Position numbers and translations under genes: made by a program. The notes under the pieces were generated by a model, which saw only the letters and a program-made list of their open reading frames with translations, ran no database searches and had not been told where the DNA came from. This document shows, piece after piece, positions 34,240 to 46,482 of a stretch of DNA of 64,000 nucleotides; positions within the stretch are counted from its first letter, which is position 1, and each line of letters opens with the position of its first letter. The DNA lies in assembly GCA_040285825.1 (NCBI GenBank), contig JAUPSS010000004.1, positions 3,727,658 through 3,791,657 of the forward strand, read 5' to 3'. The stretch comes from Eukaryota sp. TZLM1-RC. Lineage: Eukaryota > Protista > Metamonada: BaSk clade.

Positions 34240-37200
34240 TTTTTTTTTGACCAAAATTTTAATTCTATTCAAAACCTATAAATCAACATCCAAAAAATCC
34301 ATCTCTCCCAGAACAAAAACACTAGATGCAACTCTCTCATAGTGAGATCCAAGAGAAAGCAAAGCATCAGAAACCATCTTCAACATCCCCTTAAAAATAG
34401 AAAACACAATTCTATTTCGCCAAAACAATCTGTTGAAATTTCTGCCAGTTCCTCTCTTTACAATCATTTCAAAATCATCCAAAAAACGTAAAGCAGTTGG
34501 TGCAAGTGAACCAAAAAGGGAAAATACAAATGGATACAAATTGTATTTTGCATGCTGTAGACTGGCCAATTTGGACAAAGGTTCATTGTATTTTTTGAAT
34601 TTAAAATTTTCAGCATTTGAAAGGGGATTATGAATTTCAGAATTAACTAGCCTTTCATTTGAGGCATTACAAGGATCAACAGACATTACATCCAATAAAA
34701 TGAAGGTTTCATCTAATCCAGGTAATATTTCATCACCTCTATTATTCTTATGAAAATCATCTTCAGTATCAAACAGATTTGACAACAAAGGTTCCATAAA
34801 GGATTCAATTCTATGAGACTTACACATACAATATAATTGGTTTCTTACAGTATCGTGAACCTTGCTTCTAAAAGTAATAAAATGTTTACAATTTAACAAA
34901 TGAGTAATTGTAATTTTTTTTATTTAAATTTAATTTTATTCAAAACCTATAAATCAACATCTAAAAAATCCATCTCTCCCAAAACAAAAACACTAGATGC
35001 AACTCTCTCATAGTGAGATCCAAGAGAAAGCAAAGCATCAGAAACCATCTTCAACATCCCCTCAAAAATAGAAAACACAATTCTATTTTGCCAAAACAAT
35101 CTGTTGAAATTTCTGCCAGTTCTTCTCTTTACAATCATTTCAAAATCATCCAAAAAACGTAAAGCAGTTGGTGCAAGTGAACCAAAAAGGGAAAATACAA
35201 ATGGATACAAATTGTATTTTGCATGCTGTAGACTGGCCAATTTGGACAAAGGTTCATTGTATTTTTTGAATTTAAAATTTTCAGCATTTGAAAGGGGATT
35301 ATGAATTTCAGAATTAACAAGCCTTTCATTTGAGGCATTACAAGGATCAACAGACATTACATCCAATAAAATGAAGGTTCCATCTAATCCAGGTAATATT
35401 TCATCACATCTATTATTCTTATGAAAATCATCTTCAGTATCAAACAGATTTGACAACAGAGGTTCCAAAAAGGATTCAATTCTATGAGACTTACACATAC
35501 AATATAATTGGTCTCTTACAGCATCATGAACCTTGCTTCTAAAAGTAATAAAATGTTTACAATTTAACAAATGAGTAATTGTAATTTTTCGAGAACATTT
35601 ACAAATTAAATTATGAGGTAAATTATCAGGCCAGATAAAGGAACGAAATCTCATATTCAAAGTCCAAGCAGAATCGGTTAAGAGAGTACCATAAACTAGG
35701 GGAATTGTTGTTACTAAGGCAGAAGAAGTACTGTCACACATATCTTGTAAAAGATTTGCAAAAGCGGATTCTTTTTCTTGGCCAAGCCAAGTCTAACATC
35801 AAAATCCAAGCTTTCAAAAATCTTTGACAATTTTTGTTGAAGCTTTTTACAGCAAAACTGTAAATTAAAAAGAGATCGGTTTGGAATTTCTTAAATTGAT
35901 TGAGGAAAACATTTGGTCCAAATTTGTGGCAGCAATTGTTCAAGTTCACAAGATAACTCATACAAATAGGGACTGCAATTGGGAACTAACAGATGAGAAT
36001 CATCAGGAAATCTACGAGAAAATTCATAAATAAAATTTTCGCCACCAGCCAAGAATGCTGATTGACACAAAATTGAAGATTTAGTAAATCCAATACCCCC
36101 CAAATTTGCTGAAGAAAATAAGTGACTTTTCAACATTCTTGGTTCTACATCCAATAAATCAGCAAACAATTCTGTTCTCAATGAATTAAAAGAACGACAA
36201 AAATCTAATGCTATGGAAGGAGCACAAGATCTCAAAATGTGGGTTATTCTCCCAGTGTAGCAAATTTTAAGCATGAAAAATTTAATATGTTTTTCTATTT
36301 CTAAAGCAGAAATTGAATCAAGTTCAATTTTCATTTTTTCCAAAATAACTTGCAATTCATTCTGAATTTGAAGCACGAATTTGAGGTAGTTTTTCGAGAA
36401 CATTTACAAATTAAATTATGAGGTAAATTATCAGGCCAGATAAAGGAACGAAATCTCATATTCAAAGTCCAAGCAGAATCGGTTAAGAGAGTACCATAAA
36501 CTAGGGGAATTGTTGTTACTAAGGCAGAAGAAGTACTGTCACACATATCTTGTAAAAGATTTGCAAAAGCGGGATTCTTTTTCTTGGCCAAGCCAAGTCT
36601 AACATCAAAATCCAAGCTTTCAAATATCTTTGACAATTTTTGTTGAAGCTTTTTACAGCAAAACTGTAAATTAAAAAGAGATCGGTTTGGAATTTCTTGA
36701 ATTGATTGAGGAAAACATTTGGTCCAAATTTGTGGCGGCAATTGTTCAAGTTCACAAGATAACTCATACAAATAGGGACTGCAATTGGGAACTAACAGAT
36801 GAGAATCATCAGGAAATCTACGAGAAAATTCATAAATAAAATTTTTGCCACCACCCAAGAATGCTGATTGACACAAAATTGAAGATTTAGTAAATCCAAT
36901 ACCCCCAAATTTGCTGAAGAAAATAAGTGACTTTTCAACATTCCTGGTTCTACATCCAATAAATCAGCAAAAAATTCTGTTCTCAATGAATTAAAAGAAC
37001 GACAAAAATCTAATGCTATGGAAGGAGCACAAGATCTCAAAATGTGGGTTATTCTCCCAGTGTGGCAAATTTTAAGCATGAAAAATTTAATATGCTTTTC
37101 TATATCTAAAGAAGAAATTGAATCAAGTTCAATTTTCATTTTTTCCAAAATAACTTGCAATTCATTCTGAATTTGAGGCACGAATTTGAGGTAGTTTTTC

Positions 37201-40200
37201 GAGAACATTTACAAATTAAATTATGAGGTAAATTATCAGGCCAGATAAAGGAACGAAATCTCATATTCAAAGTCCAAGCAGAATCGGTTAAGAGAGTACC
37301 ATAAACTAGGGGAATTGTTGTTACTAAGGCAGAAGAAGTACTGTCACACATATCTTGTAAAAGATTTGCAAAAGCGGGATTCTTTTTCTTGGCCAAGCCA
37401 AGTCTAACATCAAAATCCAAGCTTTCAAAAATCTTTGACAATTTTTGTTGAAGCTTTTTACAGCAAAACTGTAAATTAAAAAGAGATCGGTTTGGAATTT
37501 CTTGAATTGATTGAGGAAAACATTTGGTCCAAATTTGTGGCGGCAATTGTTCAAGTTCACAAGATAACTCATACAAATAGGGACTGCAATTGGGAACTAA
37601 CAGATGAGAATCATCAGGAAATCTACGAGAAAATTCATAAATAAAATTTTCGCCACCACCCAAGAATGCTGATTGACACAAAATTGAAGATTTAGTAAAT
37701 CCAATACCCCCCAAATTTGCTGAAGAAAATAAGTGACTTTTCAACATTCTTGGTTCTACATCCAATAAATCAGCAAACAATTCTGTTCTCAATGAATTAA
37801 AAGAACGACAAAAATCTAATGCTATGGAAGGAGCACAAGATCTCAAAATGTGGGTTATTCTCCCAGTGTGGCAAATTTTAAGCATGAAAAATTTAATATG
37901 CTTTTCTATATCTAAAGAAGAAATTGAATCAAGTTCAATTTTCATTTTTTCCAAAATAACTTGCAATTCATTCTGAATTTGAGGCACGAATTTGAGGTAG
38001 TTTTTCGAGAACATTTACAAATTAAATTATGAGGTAAATTATCAGGCCAGATAAAGGAACGAAATCTCATATTCAAAGTCCAAGCAGAATCGGTTAAGAG
38101 AGTACCATAAACTTGGGGAATTGTTGTTACTAAGGCAGAAGAAGTACTGTCACACATATCTTGTAAAAGATTTGCAAAAGCGGGATTCTTTTTCTTGGCC
38201 AAGCCAAGTCTAACATCAAAATCCAAGCTTTCAAAAATCTTTGACAATTTTTGTTGAAGCTTTTTACAGCAAAACTGTAAATTAAAAAGAGATCGGTTTG
38301 GAATTTCTTGAATTGATTGAGGAAAACATTTGGTCCAAATTTGTGGCGGCAATTGTTCAAGTTCACAAGATAACTCATACAAATAGGGACCGCAATTGGG
38401 AACTAACAGATGAGAATCATCAGGAAATCTACGAGAAAATTCATAAATAAAATTTTCGCCACCACCCAAGAATGCTGATTGACACAAAATTGAAGATTTA
38501 GTAAATCCAATACCCCCAAATTTGCTGAAGAAAATAAGTGACTTTTCAACATTCTTGGTTCTACATCCAATAAATCAGCAAACAATTCTGTTCTCAATGA
38601 ATTAAAAGAACGACAAAAATCTAATGCTATGGAAGGAGCACAAGATCTCAAAATGTGGGTTATTTTCCCAGTGTAGCAAATTTTAAGCATGAAAAATTTA
38701 ATATGCTTTTCTATATCTAAAGAAGAAATTGAATCAAGTTCAATTTTCATTTTTTCCAAAATAACTTGCAATTCATTCTGAATTTGAGGCACGAATTTGA
38801 GGTAGTTTTTCGAGAACATTTACAAATTAAATTATGAGGTAAATTATCAGGCCAGATAAAGGAACGAAATCTCATATTCAAAGTCCAAGCAGAATCGGTT
38901 AAGAGAGTACCATAAACTAGGGGAATTGTTGTTACTAAGGCAGAAGAAGTACTGTCACACATATCTTGTAAAAGATTTGCAAAAGCGGATTCTTTTTCTT
39001 GGCCAAGCCAAGTCTAACATCAAAATCCAAGCTTTCAAAAATCTTTGACAATTTTTGTTGAAGCTTTTTACAGCAAAACTGTAAATTAAAAAGAGATCGG
39101 TTTGGAATTTCTTAAATTGATTGAGGAAAACATTTGGTCCAAATTTGTGGCAGCAATTGTTCAAGTTCACAAGATAACTCATACAAATAGGGACTGCAAT
39201 TGGGAACTAACAGCTGAGAATCATCAGGAAATCTACGAGAAAATTCATAAATAAAATTTTCGCCACCAGCCAAGAATGCTGATTGACACAAAATTGAAGA
39301 TTTAGTAAATCCAATACCCCCAAATTTGCTGAAGAAAATAAGTGACTTTTCAACATTCTTGGTTCTACATCCAATAAATCAGCAAACAATTCTGTTCTCA
39401 ATGAATTAAAAGAACGACAAAAATCTAATGCTATGGAAGGAGCACAAGATCTCAAAATGTGGGTTATTCTCCCAGTGTAGCAAATTTTAAGCATGAAAAA
39501 TTTAATATGTTTTTCTATTTCTAAAGCAGAAATTGAATCAAGTTCAATTTTCATTTTTTCCAAAATAACTTGCAATTCATTCTGAATTTGAAGCACGAAT
39601 TTGAGGTAGTTTTTCGAGAACATTTACAAATTAAATTATGAGGTAAATTATCAGGCCAGATAAAGGAACGAAATCTCATATTCAAAGTCCAAGCAGAATC
39701 GGTTAAGAGAGTACCATAAACTTGGGGAATTGTTGTTACTAAGGCAGAAGAAGTACTGTCACACATATCTTGTAAAAGATTTGCAAAAGCGGGATTCTTT
39801 TTCTTGGCCAAGCCAAGTCTAACATCAAAATCCAAGCTTTCAAAAATCTTTGACAATTTTTGTTGAAGCTTTTTACAGCAAAACTGTAAATTAAAAAGAG
39901 ATCGGTTTGGAATTTCTTGAATTGATTGAGGAAAACATTTGGTCCAAATTTGTGGCGGCAATTTTTCAAGTTCACAAGATAACTCATACAAATAGGGACT
40001 GCAATTGGGAACTAACAGATGAGAATCATCAGGAAATCTACGAGAAAATTCATAAATAAAATTTTCGCCACCACCCAAGAATGCTGATTGACACAAAATT
40101 GAAGATTTAGTAAATCCAATACCCCCCAAATTTGCTGAAGAAAATAAGTGACTTTTCAACATTCTTGGTTCTACATCCAATAAATCAGCAAACAATTCTG

Positions 40201-42709
40201 TTCTCAATGAATTAAAAGAACGACAAAAATCTAATGCTATGGAAGGAGCACAAGATCTCAAAATGTGGGTTATTCTCCCAGTGTGGCAAATTTTAAGCAT
40301 GAAAAATTTAATATGCTTTTCTATATCTAAAGAAGAAATTGAATCAAGTTCAATTTTCATTTTTCCAAAATAACTTGCAATTCATTCTGAATTTGAGGCA
40401 CGAATTTGAGGTAGTTTTTCGAGAACATTTACAAATTAAATTATGAGGTAAATTATCAGGCCAGATAAAGGAACGAAATCTCATATTCAAAGTCCAAGCA
40501 GAATCGGTTAAGAGAGTACCATAAACTAGGGGAATTGTTGTTACTAAGGCAGAAGAAGTACTGTCACACATATCTTGTAAAAGATTTGCAAAAGCGGGAT
40601 TCTTTTTCTTGGCCAAGCCAAGTCTAACATCAAAATCCAAGCTTTCAAAAATCTTTGACAATTTTTGTTGAAGCTTTTTACAGCAAAACTGTAAATTAAA
40701 AAGAGATCGGTTTGGAATTTCTTAAATTGATTGAGGAAAACATTTGGTCCAAATTTGTGGCAGCAATTGTTCAAGTTCACAAGATAACTCATACAAATAG
40801 GGACTGCAATTGGGAACTAACAGATGAGAATCATCAGGAAATCTACGAGAAAATTCATAATTAAAATTTTCGCCACCAGCCAAGAATGCTGATTGACACA
40901 AAATTGAAGATTTAGTAAATCCAATACCCCCCAAATTTGCTGAAGAAAATAAGTGACTTTTCAACATTCTTGGTTCTACATCCAATAAATCAGCAAACAA
41001 TTCTGTTCTCAATGAATTAAAAGAACGACAAAAATCTAATGCTATGGAAGGAGCACAAGATCTCAAAATGTGGGTTATTTTCCCAGTGTAGCAAATTTTA
41101 AGCATGAAAAATTTAATATGCTTTTCTATATCTAAAGAAGAAATTGAATCAAGTTCAATTTTCATTTTTTCCAAAATAACTTGCAATTCATTCTGAATTT
41201 GAGGCACGAATTTGAGGTAGTTTTTCGAGAACATTTACAAATTAAATTATGAGGTAAATTATCAGGCCAGATAAAGGAACGAAATCTCATATTCAAAGTC
41301 CAAGCAGAATCGGTTAGGAGAGTACCATAAACTAGGGGAATTGTTGTTACTAAGGCAGAAGAAGTACTGTCACACATATCTTGTAAAAGATTTGCAAAAG
41401 CGGGATTCTTTTTCTTGGCCAAGCCAAGTCTAACATCAAAATCCAAGCTTTCAAAAATCTTTGACAATTTTTGTTGAAGCTTTTTACAGCAAAACTGTAA
41501 ATTAAAAAGAGATCGGTTTGGAATTTCTTGAATTGATTGAGGAAAACATTTGGTCCAAATTTGTGGCGGCAATTGTTCAAGTTCACAAGATAACTCATAC
41601 AAATAGGGACTGCAATTGGGAACTAACAGATGAGAATCATCAGGAAATCTACGAGAAAATTCATAAATAAAATTTTTTGCCACCACCCTAGAATGCTGAT
41701 TGACACAAAATTGAAGATTTAGTAAATCCAATACCACCCAAATTTGCTGAAGAAAATAAGTGACTTTTCAACATTCTTGGTTCTACATTCAATAAATCAG
41801 CAAAAAATTCTGTTCTCAATGAATTAAATGAACGACAAAAATCTAATGCTATGGAAAGAGCACAAGATCTCAAAATGTGGGTCATTCTCCCAGTGTAGCA
41901 AATTTTAAGCATGAAAAATTTAATATGCTTTTCTATATCTAAAGAAGAAATTGAATCAAGTTCAATTTTCATTTTTTCCAAAATAACTTGCAATTCATTC
42001 TGAATTTGAGGCACGTTTCCTAACCAACAACCAAGGAACTTAAAAGCATCACTACTATAATTAGTAAAAGGGACAATAGAATCGTTTATCACAAGATCTT
42101 GAGCAGAAGAGCCAATCAGAAGGCATTTGCTCGCATTAAGATAAAGCCCAATATTTTCATATGAATCGGCAATTACTTGAGCAACCAATTCTACTAAATC
42201 AAATGAACCAATCAAGGATATATCATCCATATAAGCAACTATTTTTATAGAAGGGTATTTTTGCTTAATGATATTTAAAGTTTTGTGAATAGCTAAACAA
42301 AACAATAATGGACCTAAAGGATCACCTTGCTTCACACCAGAAGATGATTTAAGACCAAATGAATTATAGATTAAATCTGATTCTTTCCCATAAAAATGAT
42401 AGAAAAAACTCGATAGCTCAGGAAAATCAGATTTAATTACTTCAAAACTTGCTTCTCGCTTTACAGAATTAAAAGCATTTTTAAAGTCAAGATTAAAAAT
42501 ATAATTATTTTCCTCTGCATTAAAAAAAGTATCTGATGCGATAGCAGCAACAGAAGCACCATCAATTGTTTTGATTCCAAATTGATGAGGATTCAAAAAT
42601 GTAGAAGCTTTGTCTTTGACACGATCGAAGACAATTGATGCCAGCAAACGAGATAGAGATTCACCAACGGCAATTGGGCGTATTTCATCAAGTTTAATTC
42701 CATTACCAA
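34240..42709 (-). mobile_element. Composite family A RLE non-LTR retrotransposon insertion (RT, tandem array, duplicated 3' end, short poly(A))
   Basis: RT motifs RPIAVGE, HQFG, LDFKNAFNS, GVKQGDPLGPLLF, YMDD at 41688-42700; RLE ends at 34276-35580; T9 tail at 34240-34248; 12-bp TSD CTTTCTTTAATC at 34228-34239 and 42710-42721. Confidence 0.93.
35585..42015 (-). repeat. Tandem array of 8 x ~805-bp internal retrotransposon segment
   Basis: The same junction CACG-AATTTGAGGTAG-TTTTTCGAG occurs 7 times (~36375, 37180, 37985, 38790, 39595, 40399, 41205). Confidence 0.95.
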
Positions 42710-43956
42710 CTTTCTTTAATCACTTTAGACTTACGGCAACAAAAATTATTGGCCATTATAAGTGTACAAAATAACAGCTAACTGATATCTTCTTTACATG
42801 TCAGACATCTCAGAGAAGGATTTCTCTGACTTCACTCATACACCTAACATACAGCAATCAAACAGCAGGTTGACGAGGAAACGGACCCGGATCTTTCTCT
42901 CCTCAGTGAAGAAACTTTGTCGACGGAGCCAACGACAAAGGACCCTGTTCCCTCTGCCCTCCAAAATATAGATCGTGTTATTAAGAGAACGGATGGAATT
43001 CCCTCCTTAGACACGTCATACCCCCCAGGAGAGTATGATGAATTTCATGCTCAACTACCTGACAAACGTAATGGATGATACAAATTCCTAACAAGAAGGC
43101 GAAGCCTTACTTCGAGTAAATGGACGCTTGTTCATTCGAGCAGCTCCCTCCCTTATGGAGCCAAACACAAAAAAGTCGACTACATACGAGGTTACGAGTA
43201 GAGACGTAACCTCCATTATTAATGTACTATGAGGACAACGATACAAATATTGCTGTTCTAACAATTGTAGTTGTAAAGGCAGTACTTCAACAACAAAAGA
43301 CGACTGTCGTTAGAGTTCTGAAGTTTGTTACTTTGCCTAATGTTGTTCTTAATCCAACATAGACCCTGTATGCTTGTATGCTCATCAGCGAATCCCCTTT
43401 TCGATTGCATGATACCGTGACTGAACGACACTACCACGTTACTCGTTTAAAAAAAAGGGAAGAAGCAGAGCCTCTTTATATCACGATTATAACACCAAAC
43501 AAACTATTCAAACACACAGATTTCAAAACGAAATTTTTTTAGTTATCGTTGACTACCCGATTCTACATTATCAGTACATCAATTGACGAACCCAAAGTAT
43601 AAAACCAGTGTTTGTGTGAATTTCAATCATCGCGGAGAAAATAGTAGACAATAGAAAACCTTAGTGTTTAGTCACTAGTATTTTGTTTATGTATAGTTTT
43701 CGCAGTTATTAGTATATTATTTTAAAGTTAATTAATTTTGAAAAAGGGAAAAAGAATTGTGGGCGCCTTTAAATTTAAATAGCATAAAACAAAATAAATT
43801 CACTCTACTTTAAGCTTTATTTGATCGTTGTAGACTTACGGCAACACTGATACTATTTTATCTACATTGACTGAGCCATGTCGTAACCAGTGTTAGTTTA
43901 TGTGTCACAAACATGTACAAAAATTTTTTTAACCATATATGCGCCTCGGCGCTGTC

Positions 43957-44122
43957 GAATTTAATTTGCCATAATTAATAAATTGCCTCGGTTTTTCAAT
44001 CGAATTAGAGAAGCTTTAGTGAGACAGACAACAGTTCAAGTTTTTGTAAAAAAAATCTTGGTTTAATGAATTTCGTCCCATTAGTTATGAGTATATTTTG
44101 TTAAGTGTGCAAGTTTGATAAA
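43957..44122 (+). mobile_element. Family B 3' fragment
   Basis: Matches the family B C-terminus and 3' UTR (CGTCCCATTAGTTATGAG-like...ATAAA). Confidence 0.8.
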
Positions 44123-44794
44123 TATATAAGGATATACATGTAGTGTTACTCCTTTAACTGTCATTTGATTGTGACATCATTTTGTAATAGATCAAAGGCG
44201 TATCTATCATCTGTCATAAAATTGCCATTGTACAGCAGCCACGGATGAAATGAAATATATACACATTTATAAATGAGAGATAAACAGCAAAATATTCTGC
44301 TTTCACTCATCTTACGTTATACTCACTACCAAACCTTGGGACTTGGTGAACGTCTTTGCAAAGCTGTCATATAAAACACCATTAAATCTGCTACAATTTC
44401 TCGAACCATTGACCGATTCTTCCTTAACAATTCAATCAAAATTAATGATTCTTTTTCATCAGCTTATTGTATCAACATTTCAGACCGTTTCAAATACTGG
44501 AGGCTGCTTACTGCTATTTTTTATACTTTGGAAGAGAAAAGTGTTGCTATTCATAATGTCAAACTCTCCATGTAGGGTTCCACAATCTACTATTGAAATT
44601 TTTTCCACCTACTAAAGAATTATTTCCATGATTTTTAATTTTATGTTGTACCTGAGGGATTTTTTAAATTGATATCTTAAATATATGGGAAGATATACGA
44701 GATATATAAGATATACTGTTTCACAATATATAGATTCATTTGCATTAACAGTAAAAAGTAACTTGAAAGAATTATCGAATCATGACAAATGAAT

Positions 44795-45104
44795 TCAAGA
44801 AATTCCAAACCGATCTCTGTTGAATTTGCAGTTTTACTGTAAAAACCTTCAACAAATATTGTCAAAGATTTTTGAAAGCTTGGATTTTGATGTTAGACTT
44901 GGCTTGGTCAAGAAAAAAAATCACGCTTTTGTAAATCTTTTACAAGATGTGTGTGACTGTACTTCTTCTGCCTTAGTAACAACAATTCCTCAAGTTCATG
45001 GCACTCTCTTAACTGATTCTGGCTGGACTTTGAATATGAGATTTCGTTTCTTTATCTGGCCTGATAATTTGCCTCATAATTTAATGTGTAAATGTTCTCG
45101 AAAA
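44795..45104 (+). mobile_element. Family A internal fragment ending at KCSRK
   Basis: ORF 44820-45131 matches the array unit up to ...HNLMCKCSRK. Confidence 0.85.
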
Positions 45105-45109
45105 GAATA

Positions 45110-46245
45110 TTTATTGAATTTGCACACTTAATTAAATTAACTCATAACTAATGGGACGACTATCATTGATCCAAGATTTCCTCTACAAAATCTTGATATA
45201 CTTGCTGTCTAGCTAAAGCTCCTCTCATTCGATTGAAAAACCGAAATAATCTATTGATAATGGCAAATTGAATCCGTGAACGCCATAAAAAAATATCAAA
45301 TCTTCTCATTGTTTTTTCTTGAACCATTTTTTGGAAGTCAGTCAAAAAAGTTTCTGCTTCATCTGATAATCTTCCATTTATCGAAAATGGGAAAGCAATA
45401 GAAACCAGCTGTGTATTTCTATCGGCTTTAGCCTCTTCAATATCTTTTTCATATTTTCTATGTTTCTCTTTTGCTTTACAATGAAGAGCAGCCACAGGAT
45501 TAAGTTTTCTTCTGTGAACCAAAGTATCATTTGCAACATTACATGAGACAAAATCAACAATAGCTTCAGAATTAACAATCCAATCACAGTATACATCACC
45601 TCTATCATCAGAACCAAAATTATTCAGAGAAAGTGTTTCCTTCAGCAGGAACTCTTTGATACACGATATTCTTGCAGTTTGTGCAATAGTGTCTCTAACA
45701 GCATCATGTTATGAAGAACGATAAGTTATCAATTTAGAGCAGTTCAGAGAATGGCGCAAAGTGAGTTGAGGTCAATTCGAACAAATACATTTTTCTTTTG
45801 ATAATAATTGATTAATGGGGATGTTCAAATATAATCTCATTTTTGTTACAAATGCTTCATTAGTGGCACACAATCCAAATCTTCGTGGTACAATAGTTAC
45901 AAAAAGTGAAGAATCTTACGACTTGTTTTGACAAACACCCTTTTCCAATAACAATGAGTGAAGATCTTGATTTAAAACAGCCGAGCTGCATATATTATTA
46001 TAAAGATCTTTTTCATACATTCCAGTCAATCGTTTCTGTAATGTTCGAAGAGTGTACTTCAAATTTAAAACATTTTTTTCTGGAATATTGCCATTGAATG
46101 ATTGGGGAAAACATCGACCCCATTTTTCTACATCAATTCTTGAAATTTCTTCATTTAATGCAAAAACAGTGGAACTTTGCGTTGTCATCAATAAATCTTC
46201 CCAATCTGCAAATCTTTCAGAAAACTCAAAGATTGCATTTCTGCA
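45110..46245 (-). mobile_element. 5'-truncated family B element
   Basis: Colinear with 19590-20720; ends CAATAAA. Confidence 0.88.
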
Positions 46246-46246
46246 T

Positions 46247-46482
46247 GGGTTAATTTAATAAATATCACTTCTCAGACAAACAATTTTATAAATATCACTT
46301 TTACAAAGTGAAGTTTCAGAAATATCACTCCTATCGCTACACTGAAATGAACAAACCCATTGTCCTTAGAGTCGATGATGTCTTTCAATCAATGAAAGTT
46401 CTACGGCAAACCATACAATTGTTTGAATCACAAACAAGAAAAAACTCTTACGCCGAAGAAGTGACAAGCACAATATTACGCT
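46247..46482 (+). mobile_element. Probable left end of a Mutator-like (MULE) DNA transposon
   Basis: Starts GGGTTAATT, has AAATATCACT three times at a 30-bp period (46260, 46290, 46320), then MNKPIVLRVDDVFQSMKVLRQTIQLFE resembling a MuDR N-terminal domain. Confidence 0.5.

Larger units (their letters stand above)
34170..43846 (+). mobile_element. Small degenerate LTR element whose 5' LTR is interrupted by the 8.5-kb non-LTR composite
   Basis: 5' LTR = 34170-34239 + 42722-42741; 3' LTR = 43759-43846 (TGT...GGCAACA); PPT GAAAAAGGGAAAAAGAA; 4-bp TSD CTGA at 34166-34169 and 43847-43850. Confidence 0.85.

Noticed and set aside
46260-46330. CRISPR-like repeat-spacer pattern (10-bp repeat, 20-bp spacers)
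   Set aside because: Only three 10-bp repeats, in a eukaryotic context with no cas genes; better explained as transposon subterminal motifs.
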